This document shows, in pieces, positions 10,333 to 20,100 of a stretch of 63,876 nucleotides of DNA. Both the position numbers and the translations under genes were made by a program. Each line of letters begins with the position of its first letter. The first letter of the stretch is position 1. Origin of the DNA: an uncultured Bacillota bacterium (GTDB lineage: Bacteria; Bacillota_I; Bacilli_A; RF39; UBA660); the NCBI GenBank assembly GCA_946622285.1, contig CAMOPK010000003.1:1-63876 (forward strand). The letters are read 5' to 3'. Under the pieces are notes generated by a model that ran no database searches, was not told the DNA's origin, and saw only the letters and a program-made list of their open reading frames with translations.

Positions 10333-11028
10333 CTAGTTAGTCAAAAATTGAATTAAATAAGGTCCAAGTATTATAAGTAGTATTAATGGTAAAACAAATA
10401 ATACTGAAATAATACTTATTTTATTTGGTATTTTATTTATCTGACCTTTTATTTCAAGAATTTCTTTTTCTCGTAAAAATTCAATTTGATTATACATTGT
10501 TTGTAAAATATTGTTACCAAAAACCTCTGTTTGTGTAATGTTTAAAATTATATTATTTATTGTCTCAGATGGAATACGTAGTTTCATATCTTCTAAAGCT
10601 TCCATAAGAGATTTACCAAGTTTTACTTCAATTAAAGCTTTCTTAAATTCATTTGAAAGTTCAGAATTAACATTTGATGCTGCAATTTCAATTGAATTTT
10701 CCAAGTTTCTTCCAGATTCAAGAGTTAAAGTCAAGATTTCAAAGAAATCTAATGCTTCTCGATTTAATTTTCTTCCCCTTTTAGCAACTGGAGATTCTAG
10801 AAATGAATAATAGAATATATAATACCAAACAATTCCAGCTACTGGTCCAAAAACATAACCCAAATCTGTTGAATAAAGAACAATAAGTGCAATAATAACT
10901 GTTGTTATTAATCGCGTATTTTGGAAAGATATTGCATTCCATTTAGTTGTACCTAATTGTTTTACTTTTATATCTATTTTTCTGATTGTTGCATCAGTAT
11001 AGATTTTTCTTATAAATCCACCTTTCAT
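10333..11028 (-). CDS. tadC: Tad-type pilus assembly membrane protein (T2SS F-domain, TadC-like)
   Basis: TM helices flank a soluble helical T2SSF-like core (LTLESGRNLENSIEIAA..., KLGKSLMEALEDM). Overlaps the upstream TadB-like gene by 4 nt. Confidence 0.7.
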   Translation of the reverse strand: MKGGFIRKIYTDATIRKIDIKVKQLGTTKWNAISFQNTRLITTVIIALIVLYSTDLGYVFGPVAGIVWYYIFYYSFLESPVAKRGRKLNREALDFFEILTLTLESGRNLENSIEIAASNVNSELSNEFKKALIEVKLGKSLMEALEDMKLRIPSETINNIILNITQTEVFGNNILQTMYNQIEFLREKEILEIKGQINKIPNKISIISVLFVLPLILLIILGPYLIQFLTN

Positions 11029-12533
11029 AGTTTCACCTTCATTATCTTAATGACAAATACAATATAAAGTGTATATATTGTTATCATTATCAAAAGCAAA
11101 ATAATGCCTAATGTCGTTGTAAAGAATGGTACAAAATAAGTTGGATCTAATATTGTTATAAAAGCAACAAATAAAATTGGTACGCCAAACAACATGTAAG
11201 AAATTACACGTGAACTTCCTGTTAAAGATTTAAGTTCAAGTTTTAATTTTTTCTTGTTGAAAAGTGTATGTTCAATTGAAGTAAATACTTTTATGATGTT
11301 TCCACCTGTTTTATTTAAAATAGTAATTGAAGCTGTTAAATAACTAACTTCTTCTAATGGTATTCTATCTTGTAATCGTTTAAATGCATCATCTAATGAT
11401 AAACCAAGATTTATTTCCATGTAGAGTTTTTTAAATTGTTCAGATATTGGGCCATCTAACTCAGTTGTGACTAATTCAATTGCTTGAGTAATACTTCGAC
11501 CTGACTTAAATGCATTATTCATAATCATAATTGCTTGTAATAAGTCGTTTTCAATGGTCGCACAATATCTTCTATATGTATATGCATATACAATATCTGG
11601 AATAAAGAATCCTGCTAAAAGTGGCAAACTGATTTCATAAGCCTTAAGTAATTGATATTGAATTGTTTTAGAAAAAGCTGCTATAAAAACAAATATAAAC
11701 GCCATTATTATTTTACTTGCAATAAAATCTAATCCATCTTTATAAACACGATTCACAATATTTACATACTTATCATATCTTTTTGAATACTTCTTAATTG
11801 TTACAAAACCAGAAATTACATTTCTAACTCTCTTTAAAATTTTATAATAAAATTTTAAAAATTTATCAAATAAAGATTCTGATTTGTCATAAACTGGTTC
11901 TATTGCAAATTTAGCTATTCTTTTTTCAATATTTATGCTCTTTTTGAAGTATAAAATCAAAGCAGACAATAAAACTAATAATGCAATTATGATTGATTGA
12001 ACAGCAACCAAACTTGATGTTGTTCCTCTAGTCACATTAATATTAACAGTCTTTGTAGTAGTATTGCCGGCCTCATCAGTAACACTATAAACTAGTTTTT
12101 TTAATCCTAAAGTTGTAAAATCCAACTCATCAGCATTACTGGTTAATTTCTTTGTTAAATTTCCATCTTGCTTATCATAGGCCTTTACTCCACCCATGAC
12201 ATCAATAGTAGCACCTTGTTGCATCGTTATGAGCAAATTATCAGTTTCAATTACCGGTGCTTCTTTATCAATATTATAAATACCACTTTTTGTTTCTTTT
12301 TGCTTTCCTGCAATTGATTCATAAACAGTGATTTCATATTTACCAGTTTCTCTTAAACTTACAAATGATGAATCATTATTATTTAAATGACTGTCTTTGT
12401 ATAATTTTCCATCCTTGTAAATTGTATATGAATATGAGGTGACATTAGAATCTGGTTTAATTACTAAGTCAATATTAGTATTCACTGGATTTACTTGCTC
12501 ATAAATGCTAAATAACTCATTACCAGATTCCAT
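11025..12533 (-). CDS. tadB: Fusion protein: N-terminal Ig-like (DUF5011/HYR-like) region, a TM helix, then a TadB-like T2SS F-domain
   Basis: The N-terminal ~170 aa include EAPVIETDNLLITMQQGATIDVMGGVKAYDKQDGNLT...YSVTDEAGNTTTKTVNINV. C-terminal T2SSF core AFKSGRSITQAIELV..., INLGLSLDDAFKRL. Strong RBS GGAGGTGA 3 nt before the ATG. Confidence 0.7.
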   Translation of the reverse strand: MESGNELFSIYEQVNPVNTNIDLVIKPDSNVTSYSYTIYKDGKLYKDSHLNNNDSSFVSLRETGKYEITVYESIAGKQKETKSGIYNIDKEAPVIETDNLLITMQQGATIDVMGGVKAYDKQDGNLTKKLTSNADELDFTTLGLKKLVYSVTDEAGNTTTKTVNINVTRGTTSSLVAVQSIIIALLVLLSALILYFKKSINIEKRIAKFAIEPVYDKSESLFDKFLKFYYKILKRVRNVISGFVTIKKYSKRYDKYVNIVNRVYKDGLDFIASKIIMAFIFVFIAAFSKTIQYQLLKAYEISLPLLAGFFIPDIVYAYTYRRYCATIENDLLQAIMIMNNAFKSGRSITQAIELVTTELDGPISEQFKKLYMEINLGLSLDDAFKRLQDRIPLEEVSYLTASITILNKTGGNIIKVFTSIEHTLFNKKKLKLELKSLTGSSRVISYMLFGVPILFVAFITILDPTYFVPFFTTTLGIILLLIMITIYTLYIVFVIKIMKVKL

Positions 12534-12544
12534 TGTTTCACCTC

Positions 12545-13876
12545 CTATTTAAAAATATCATTTAAATCATTAATTCCACGTGCTTTTAAAGTCTTAAATA
12601 CTTTTGGTATATATTTATGTCTTATAAACTCGCCTTCGATTTCACCATTTGGTAAAACTCCAATTTGTTTAAATGAAAATATTTCTTTTGTTGCGATAAC
12701 ATCATCATTAAATCCTGTTATCTCGCTGATATTTACTACTTTTCTACGTCCATCAGCTAAACGTTCAATGTGAACAACAATATTAATTGCTTTTTCAATA
12801 TATTCACGAATTGCTCGAACAGGAATTTCCATTCCTGTCATTAATATCATTGATTCTAATCGGTTTAAAGCATCAGCTGGAGAATTGGCATGTAAGGTTG
12901 TCAAACTACCAGTGTGTCCTGTATTCATGGCCTGAAGCATATCGAAAGCTTCTTTACCACGAACTTCACCGACAATTATACGATCAGGTCGCATACGTAA
13001 TGAGTTAATTACCAAGTCACGAATTGTTATTTCTCCAGTACCTTCATAGTTAGTAAGTCTTGTTTCTAAAGAAATAACATGACTTTGTTTAAGCCTTAAC
13101 TCAGCCGCATCTTCAATTGTAATAATACGTTCATTTTCACTTATAAATGATGATAATACGTTTAATAGTGTTGTTTTTCCTCCACCAGTACCACCACTTA
13201 TAATTACATTAAATTTTTCACGAACACATGCTTCCAAAAATCTTGCCATATCACTTGTTAAAGTACCATTGCGAAGTAAATCTTCAACACCTGCAAGTTC
13301 TTCTTTAAACTTACGGATTGTTAGGACTGGTCCTTTAATTGATAATGGTGGAATAACTGCGTTCAAACGTGAACCATCATGTAAACGCGCATCAACCATC
13401 GGATTTGTTGTATCAATTGTTCTACCAAGTGGTTGAATCATTCTTTGAATTGTTCTAATAATGTGATCATCATTAATGAATGATATTGTATGGTCTCGAA
13501 TAATTCTACCATCAATTTCAACATAAATCTCATCTGGAGCATTTACCATTATTTCAGTTATGGATTTATCTTCAAGTAAATCTGTGATTGGACCATAACC
13601 ATTTATTTCATTATCAATTAAGTTATAAATATAACTTCTTTCAATATTTGAAACATCATATCCAGATAAAGTTTTATCTATTTGACTTCTAACAAATTCA
13701 CTTGTAGTGTCACCAGTTAGGTTATTATCAATCAAATTTTGAATTATTTTGTTTCTAAGTTCATCTAATAGTTCTTTGTTTTGGAAAGTTTCATAATCAC
13801 TGACCATATTTTCAGGAACTTCTTCTGCTTGAAGACCAAATTCATTTAGAAGTTTCTTTTTTAACATCTTTATCAC
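12545..13876 (-). CDS. cpaF: CpaF/TadA-family pilus assembly ATPase (T2SS E-type)
   Basis: Walker [13 protein letters not shown], Asp/His boxes ([35 protein letters not shown]), 443 aa. Confidence 0.9.
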   Translation of the reverse strand: MIKMLKKKLLNEFGLQAEEVPENMVSDYETFQNKELLDELRNKIIQNLIDNNLTGDTTSEFVRSQIDKTLSGYDVSNIERSYIYNLIDNEINGYGPITDLLEDKSITEIMVNAPDEIYVEIDGRIIRDHTISFINDDHIIRTIQRMIQPLGRTIDTTNPMVDARLHDGSRLNAVIPPLSIKGPVLTIRKFKEELAGVEDLLRNGTLTSDMARFLEACVREKFNVIISGGTGGGKTTLLNVLSSFISENERIITIEDAAELRLKQSHVISLETRLTNYEGTGEITIRDLVINSLRMRPDRIIVGEVRGKEAFDMLQAMNTGHTGSLTTLHANSPADALNRLESMILMTGMEIPVRAIREYIEKAINIVVHIERLADGRRKVVNISEITGFNDDVIATKEIFSFKQIGVLPNGEIEGEFIRHKYIPKVFKTLKARGINDLNDIFK

Positions 13877-14630
13877 CCGAATCTAGTATTTCATCTACTA
13901 TACTTTCGAAAACAGCAATCGCCTTTTTGTGTTTTCTTCTTATTCCTTTATTTGCAGTTACAATATTGCCTTTTAATGTATAGTTATTAATATCGCTTAA
14001 ATAAAATGACTCTGGAATCACATAGTCTAAATCATCTTTTATGACATTTTTAACATCTACACGTGACAATGTCTGTTTCAATTTATCTTTTGCATCGTTC
14101 AAAATAATGCGATAATTTGTGAAATCCATATCACTATAAATTGAAATCATTGTTTTCATACCTTTTATATCATTTAAATCATTAGTCATAACATAATAAA
14201 CTAAATCAGATTCATCTAAGAATGTTAAATTATTTGAATCCATTATATGATTTAAATCAACTAATATTACATCATATTTCATCCTTGCTTTAGCTATTAA
14301 AACGTGTAAGTACTTACTTTCAATTTTATTAGCATCTCTCGGATCTTTAGGTGCTGGCAAAATATCAATATAATCATTATATGGTTTTATATATGTTTCC
14401 AAGTTGTCAAAATGACTTGTTGCCATATCATTAATTAGCAAGTACAAATCTTTATCAAATGCAACATCTAATGAAACGGCTATTCCGCCATTATAGAAAT
14501 CACCATCAATTACCAAAGTTTTAATTTTTCTATTTGACAATATTCCTGCCAAATTTAAAACTGTAGTTGTTTTTCCTGTTCCACCTTTTACAGATGTGAA
14601 CGAAATAACTTTACCTCTTTTTATTGCCAT
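13842..14630 (-). CDS. tadZ: TadZ/CpaE-like ParA/MinD-family ATPase
   Basis: Deviant Walker A KGGTGKTT and the VIDGD motif. Lies immediately upstream of cpaF. Confidence 0.75.
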   Translation of the reverse strand: MAIKRGKVISFTSVKGGTGKTTTVLNLAGILSNRKIKTLVIDGDFYNGGIAVSLDVAFDKDLYLLINDMATSHFDNLETYIKPYNDYIDILPAPKDPRDANKIESKYLHVLIAKARMKYDVILVDLNHIMDSNNLTFLDESDLVYYVMTNDLNDIKGMKTMISIYSDMDFTNYRIILNDAKDKLKQTLSRVDVKNVIKDDLDYVIPESFYLSDINNYTLKGNIVTANKGIRRKHKKAIAVFESIVDEILDSGDKDVKKETSK

Positions 14631-14636
14631 AATAAA

Positions 14637-15125
14637 TCATTCCCTTACTAATTTTTTGCTTTGAATATCATATTTTACTTCTATATTAATTACGTTTAAA
14701 CCAATATTAAATATCTTACTAAAAATACTTTTATATTGAGTTTTTACATTAACTTTTAATATATTTTCATCAACACTTATATTTACCTCATCATAATCAG
14801 CAATACTATCTTTAATATTTCTTTCAATTAAAAGTAAATCAACTTCTTTTTCTTGAACTTCAGTTTTCACTTCTTCAGTGACTTCGGTTGTTGCATCAAC
14901 AATTTCTTCATCGATAAGTTCTTCTGTTTCATTGTTATTAATTAGTTCTTCATCAGTTTTTGTATCTTCTTTATAGTTATATACAATTATATCTTTGATA
15001 ATGTTTTCATATTTTTTCTTTAACACTAAACTATTACCAATATCTATTACTAAACCTAAAAATATAACGATTAATGGTAATAATAGTACAAATACAACTA
15101 ACACTTGACCTTTTTTATTCATCAT
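14637..15125 (-). CDS. TadG/TadE-like pseudopilin
   Basis: N-terminus MMNKKGQVLVVFVLLLPLIVIFLGLVIDIG matches the TadE/G-like N-terminal pattern. Confidence 0.65.
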   Translation of the reverse strand: MMNKKGQVLVVFVLLLPLIVIFLGLVIDIGNSLVLKKKYENIIKDIIVYNYKEDTKTDEELINNNETEELIDEEIVDATTEVTEEVKTEVQEKEVDLLLIERNIKDSIADYDEVNISVDENILKVNVKTQYKSIFSKIFNIGLNVINIEVKYDIQSKKLVRE

Positions 15126-15444
15126 AAAATACTCTTTCGGTTTTCAATTCATAATTAGAACTATAAATAGATTTTAAAACAGGTGTTACTATCTTAAGTT
15201 TCTTCACGAGTTCGATTTTAACTTGTTCGTCTTCATCTTTTACTTCCATTTTTAGATTGTTTGATTCAATATAATTAGATGTATCTTCTTCTCTAAGATA
15301 CATGTTAACAACAGTTTCTAATTCGTCCTCAAGTTTTAACTTTTGATAATTAATTGAACCAAGTTCAATAATTGTGCAAACGATTATTAAAAAAATAGGA
15401 AAAATCAAAACAAATTCAACTAAAGCTTGACCTTTTTTGTTCAT
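15115..15444 (-). CDS. TadE-like pseudopilin
   Basis: MNKKGQALVEFVLIFPIFLIIVCTIIELG is a TadE-type prepilin-like N-terminus. The ORF track starts it at 15456 (MCKK...). The internal ATG at 15444 fits the promoter and RBS spacing better. Confidence 0.65.
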   Translation of the reverse strand: MNKKGQALVEFVLIFPIFLIIVCTIIELGSINYQKLKLEDELETVVNMYLREEDTSNYIESNNLKMEVKDEDEQVKIELVKKLKIVTPVLKSIYSSNYELKTERVFYDE

Positions 15445-15470
15445 TTTCTTGCACATCCCCTATCATATAA

Positions 15471-15479
15471 ATTATAGCA
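15471..15479 (-). promoter_or_regulatory. Extended -10 element (TGCTATAAT) for the tad operon
   Basis: Plus-strand attatagca reverse-complements to TGCTATAAT. It lies between the upstream terminator and the first tad gene. Confidence 0.5.
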
Positions 15480-15498
15480 AAAAAAATTGTTTTTAACA

Positions 15499-15532
15499 AC
15501 AAAAAACACATAAGTTTTGAACTTATGTGTTA
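15499..15532 (-). terminator. Rho-independent terminator after the 843-aa LRR gene
   Basis: 12-bp perfect stem aacacataagtt (15505-15516) / aacttatgtgtt (15521-15532), loop ttga, then a T-run on the minus strand. Confidence 0.8.
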
Positions 15533-15537
15533 TTAAA

Positions 15538-18069
15538 TTACCATGTTGTATTTTTTAAAATTGTTTGGATTGGTGTTGATCCATCTATCGCTGTAATTGC
15601 AGCACTTTCACCTTCCAAATACATTGGGCGTGGTAACCAAATTGAAATATTTGGTTTTACCATTGGCGTAACAAGTTCTGTTAATGATGAAACTGTTGAA
15701 AGCATATTATTTGCACTATCAACTGCTGTTGCATCAAATTCGCTCAAATCAATTCGATTCAAAGAATTAAGATTTGCAAACATATAGTTAGAATTACCAT
15801 TCAAATATATGTGTGTTGCTTCTAAATAATACTTGATTGTTCCATTTTCAAACCATGCATATATAGGTACTGAAGAATTTGCTGCAGAAACTAAATTAGC
15901 ATCTGTAAATGTCATTCCAGTAGGAACTGAACCAACTCTTTCAATTGCTGTAATATTATTATCAACCGTGTCTATTGTTGCATCTTCATTACCAGCTAAC
16001 AATTTGATTTTTTCATTAAACATTTGACCAGACGCAACTGTAGTCAATGCAAATAATCTTGTAGATGTTGGCGTTGTTGATTTCAAACTTCCATAGACAT
16101 GACCATTATTATCTTTCATTACAGCTATCAATGATATTGTGCTATTTGCATTAACACCTGGTGTTACTAATTCATCAAGAGAAGACATTCTTTCAAACAT
16201 GTGATTTGCACTATTAATTTTAGATAGATTAAACCAACTAATATCTAATGATGTAATTGATGAACATCCTGCAAACATATTATCCATATTTGTTACTTTC
16301 GATGTATCAAATGATTCAAGATTTATTTCTGTCATTGAAGAACAATTATAGAACATCTCTTGCATATTTGTTACTTTTGACGTATTAAAGTTTTCTACAT
16401 ATAAATTGTTTAAGCTAGAGCAGTATGCAAACATACTAGCCATATTTGTAACACTTTCAGTTTCAAAATTACCAACATTAAGGTTTTCTAATTTATTACA
16501 GTTATAGAACATTCCATGCATATTTGTTACATTTGATGTGTTGAATGAAGATACATCAATCATTGTTGTTTTTATGCAATCTCTAAACATAAATGACATA
16601 TCTGTAACGTTTGTTGTATCAATAGTTGATAAATCTATATATTCAACACCACGTAATTTATAGAACATATAACTTGCATCTTCAGGTAAGTACAAAGTTA
16701 CAGCTTTTGAATAATATTGTAATGCACCATCATTAAACCAAGCATATATTGGATTTGATGAGTTAGTAGTAGACACAAGCATACTATCATTTAATGTTAT
16801 TTCTTCTGGAACATCATATGCTCTTTCTACTGATCCAATTGTTGCATTTGCAGCAGTATATTCAACATTACTTTTTGCAGCAATGCTCTTAATTTTAGCA
16901 TTAAAATCTTGTCCTGGTAAGAATGTTGCAATAGCAATCAATCTTTCTTCTGTTGGAGTTGCACTATTGATTTCTTCATATTTTGTTAATTCATCATCAT
17001 ATAATTCAACATTTAAAGTTATAGATTGTGTTGGATTTACCTTTGGTGTTATTAAAGTTGTTAGATTATTAGTTCCTTCAAACATATTAGTAACATCAGC
17101 ACTTGATAAATCAAGTCCACTTAAATCTAATGTAGTTAATTCTTTACAATCTTTAAACATATATGACATATCTGTAACATTTGAAGTATCCATACTTAGG
17201 AAAATGTCCATCATACTTTCACAACCATCAAACATATGTGACATATTTAATAGTTTATCAGATGCAAAGCCACCCATACTTAATGTTCCTAAATGAGTGC
17301 ATCCTGCAAACAAATAACTCATATTAGTAACATTAACTGTATTAACATCATAGAATGATAAATTCGTTAAAGCTTCACAATCCTTGAACATTCCTTCCAT
17401 ATTTACAACTTTTTGGAAATAAATTCGAGACATATCTATTGATTCTAGTCCCTTCAAGTTGCTAAACATATAACTTGAATCTTCATTAAAATATAATGTC
17501 GTCGCTTCTGAATAATAGTATATTACTCCATTATCAAACCAAGCATATATTGGTATTTCATCTTCAAGTGATAATTTATTATCATCAGTTAAAGTAAAAT
17601 TAGAATCTAGTTCTTCTACCGATTGAATTGAAGTGATATTAGTATTAGGATTATCAGTACTTCCTGCTATAGCACGAATTTTAGCTGCAAAAGTTTCACC
17701 ATCAACAAATGTTGAAGAGTGTTCTTCTACTTCAGGATCAAGCAAATTAATTTTAGTTATCTCAACGTTTTCTTCAGGTAATTCAACCTCTTCACCTGTT
17801 AAAGCGTTAATCCATTTGCCATTTGCTCTTTTATAATAAATTTTTTGATCATATTGGTCTTCACTAAAAATTGTTTTGGCAGCTACCATAATGCGTTCTG
17901 TTGTTAGTTTTCCATCATATATAGCATTAGTTTCTCTATTAAATATATGAGTTCCAATTAGATATGTCATCGGTTCAATATCTTCTTGTTTTCTCGTAAT
18001 TGATACTGCTTTTATGTTAAAAATAAACAAAAAAAACAAAAATAATGTAAATAATAATTTCCTTTTCAT
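15538..18069 (-). CDS. BspA-family leucine-rich-repeat surface protein (DUF285-type repeats), 843 aa, with a single N-terminal module
   Basis: Signal peptide MKRKLLFTLFLFFLFIFNIKA. Repeats such as NVGNFETESVTNMASMFAYCSSLNNLYVENFNTSKVTNMQEMF. N-terminal IEPMTYLIGTHIFNRE...KIYYKRANGKWINALTGEEV. Confidence 0.85.
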   Translation of the reverse strand: MKRKLLFTLFLFFLFIFNIKAVSITRKQEDIEPMTYLIGTHIFNRETNAIYDGKLTTERIMVAAKTIFSEDQYDQKIYYKRANGKWINALTGEEVELPEENVEITKINLLDPEVEEHSSTFVDGETFAAKIRAIAGSTDNPNTNITSIQSVEELDSNFTLTDDNKLSLEDEIPIYAWFDNGVIYYYSEATTLYFNEDSSYMFSNLKGLESIDMSRIYFQKVVNMEGMFKDCEALTNLSFYDVNTVNVTNMSYLFAGCTHLGTLSMGGFASDKLLNMSHMFDGCESMMDIFLSMDTSNVTDMSYMFKDCKELTTLDLSGLDLSSADVTNMFEGTNNLTTLITPKVNPTQSITLNVELYDDELTKYEEINSATPTEERLIAIATFLPGQDFNAKIKSIAAKSNVEYTAANATIGSVERAYDVPEEITLNDSMLVSTTNSSNPIYAWFNDGALQYYSKAVTLYLPEDASYMFYKLRGVEYIDLSTIDTTNVTDMSFMFRDCIKTTMIDVSSFNTSNVTNMHGMFYNCNKLENLNVGNFETESVTNMASMFAYCSSLNNLYVENFNTSKVTNMQEMFYNCSSMTEINLESFDTSKVTNMDNMFAGCSSITSLDISWFNLSKINSANHMFERMSSLDELVTPGVNANSTISLIAVMKDNNGHVYGSLKSTTPTSTRLFALTTVASGQMFNEKIKLLAGNEDATIDTVDNNITAIERVGSVPTGMTFTDANLVSAANSSVPIYAWFENGTIKYYLEATHIYLNGNSNYMFANLNSLNRIDLSEFDATAVDSANNMLSTVSSLTELVTPMVKPNISIWLPRPMYLEGESAAITAIDGSTPIQTILKNTTW

Positions 18070-18130
18070 CTTTTACCTCTCACCTATATTCTCTCTACTA
18101 TATAATATCATTAACTGAACAATTTGTCGA

Positions 18131-18165
18131 TAAAAAAAGATAACTAATTTTAAACTTAGTTATCT
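18131..18165 (-). terminator. Rho-independent terminator after the priA-fmt-225aa-100aa unit
   Basis: 10-bp stem agataactaa (18138-18147) / ttagttatct (18156-18165), with a T-run on the minus strand (A7 at 18132-18138). Confidence 0.75.
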
Positions 18166-18462
18166 TCTTCTTTTCTTTCCAAAAAATGATGGAATCAAAT
18201 ATGAAAGAAATAATATATAGAGTCCAACATATACCCACATTAGAACAGTTTCTAGAGTTCCACTACTCTCTGCTTGAATCATAGCAGCAATTGAATTAGG
18301 AAGTTTTCCTAATAGTTTATTTACTTCACCTATTTGCGAACATACAAAACTTATAATTCTTAGAATTATGTCAACAATTGCAAATGCATATAGAAAACTT
18401 CTAAGGTCTCTAAAAATTGCTAAGATTATAATCAAAATTACAACTAAAATAATTAAGCCCAT
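18160..18462 (-). CDS. Small polytopic membrane protein, unknown function
   Basis: 100 aa with three hydrophobic segments and a basic C-terminus KKRRR. Adjoins the upstream ORF. Confidence 0.5.
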   Translation of the reverse strand: MGLIILVVILIIILAIFRDLRSFLYAFAIVDIILRIISFVCSQIGEVNKLLGKLPNSIAAMIQAESSGTLETVLMWVYVGLYILFLSYLIPSFFGKKRRR

Positions 18463-19118
18463 TATTCTTCTATCTCACTTTCTATTGGTTCAACATAAAA
18501 TTCATAATTTGTATTTATTTCTGGAATATTTTTAAAACTCTTATATTTTATTTTAAAATCTAATGTATTAAAGTCTATTTCAACAACTTTATCATCAACT
18601 TTGATTGTCGAATAATTTAACATATCTTTAGCATCAACTTCTTCTTTAATGCCAAAGACATCTAAAAATTGTGCCATATTAACATCATAGTTATCTTCAA
18701 CATTACCATTTGCATATTTAGATGTTTTAACAAATGTACTTATTTTTTTTATTTCTTCAAGTTTATTATAATAATCAAAATTATATTTTAAAGGATTTTC
18801 TACTTCATAAAATTTTTCTTCTTCTAATTTATAATACTTTTGATTTATATAATAGTAATCAATATCATCTTTTTTAAAGTTCAAAGTATCGTTGTTTTTA
18901 ATAATATCTATTGTTTCTTCACCAATAATATATTCATACTCATAACTATTTATTTCTTTTGGTTTTTCTTCCTTAATAGGTTTATTCTCAGGTAAAATTA
19001 TTTTTTCCGTTTTATTTCCATAGACTATGAAAATATAACTAAATAATAATACATATAATACTAAAAATATAATTCCTCTAGTTTTTCGGTTCTCCCAAAT
19101 CTCTTTTATTCTTTCCAT
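18462..19118 (-). CDS. Membrane-anchored protein, unknown function
   Basis: N-terminal anchor GIIFLVLYVLLFSYIFIVYG followed by a soluble domain. Start placed at MERIKEIW (19118) to avoid the 20-nt overlap with fmt implied by the ORF-track start at 19139. Confidence 0.5.
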   Translation of the reverse strand: MERIKEIWENRKTRGIIFLVLYVLLFSYIFIVYGNKTEKIILPENKPIKEEKPKEINSYEYEYIIGEETIDIIKNNDTLNFKKDDIDYYYINQKYYKLEEEKFYEVENPLKYNFDYYNKLEEIKKISTFVKTSKYANGNVEDNYDVNMAQFLDVFGIKEEVDAKDMLNYSTIKVDDKVVEIDFNTLDFKIKYKSFKNIPEINTNYEFYVEPIESEIEE

Positions 19119-19119
19119 A

Positions 19120-20067
19120 TTACACCAACACTTTACCAATTAATTCTTCTTTATTTTTTAATCCATTTAAATAAGATATTGCATCCATTTTCTTTTTACC
19201 TTCCGGTTGAATTAACTTTAATATTATTTTGCCATCAGCACATTTAACTTCAATTCCATTTTTAGTGAATCCAAGTATTGTTCCATTTGGAACATTACTA
19301 TTTGACTCATCGCCTATTATGGTTTCCCATATTTTTAATACATGTTCATCTAATAAAGAATAAGCTCCAGGCCAAGAATTTAATCCACGAACTTGATTAA
19401 AAATTTCTCTTCTTGTTTTATTGAAGTCAACTCTTTCATCTTCTCTTTTAATATTATAACCATATGTTGCAATTGAATGATCTTGTTTTATTCTTCCATT
19501 AGTTCCAGCAAAAATACTAGGTAACGTTTCAAACAATAAATCTCTACCCATAATACTTAAACGATTATGTAGTTTTTCAGTTGTATCATCATCAGATATC
19601 AATGTTTCAGATTGACTAATAATGTCTCCTTCATCCATCTTATCATCCATATACATAATAGTTATGCCAGTTTTTGAATAACCATCAATAATTGCATGAT
19701 GAATAGGTGCACCACCTCTTAAATATGGTAAAAGCGATGCATGAACATTTATGCATCCATATTTTGGGCATTCTAAAATCTCCGTTGGAATTATTTGCCC
19801 ATATGCACATGTAACTATAATATCTGGATTTAAAGCAATGATATCATCAAATTCTTTTCGCACCTTTACTGGTTGAAAAACTTTAATGTTATTTTTAATT
19901 GCAACTTCTTTTATTGGTGAAAAAACTATTCCTTTTTTCCCAACTTCTTTATCAGGCTGTGTAACAACTGCAATAACATTAGTATTTTCGATTAACATTT
20001 CCAAAACTGGAACGCTGAATTCAGGTGTTCCCATAAATATTACTTTCTTATCTTTCACACCAATCAC
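19120..20067 (-). CDS. fmt: Methionyl-tRNA formyltransferase
   Basis: VIFMGTPEFSVPVLEML, HASLLPYLRGGAPI and the C-terminal Fmt domain. Classical position downstream of priA. Confidence 0.95.
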   Translation of the reverse strand: MIGVKDKKVIFMGTPEFSVPVLEMLIENTNVIAVVTQPDKEVGKKGIVFSPIKEVAIKNNIKVFQPVKVRKEFDDIIALNPDIIVTCAYGQIIPTEILECPKYGCINVHASLLPYLRGGAPIHHAIIDGYSKTGITIMYMDDKMDEGDIISQSETLISDDDTTEKLHNRLSIMGRDLLFETLPSIFAGTNGRIKQDHSIATYGYNIKREDERVDFNKTRREIFNQVRGLNSWPGAYSLLDEHVLKIWETIIGDESNSNVPNGTILGFTKNGIEVKCADGKIILKLIQPEGKKKMDAISYLNGLKNKEELIGKVLV

Positions 20068-20100
20068 CTACTTAATTTTAGCACAATAATTGTAAAATTA

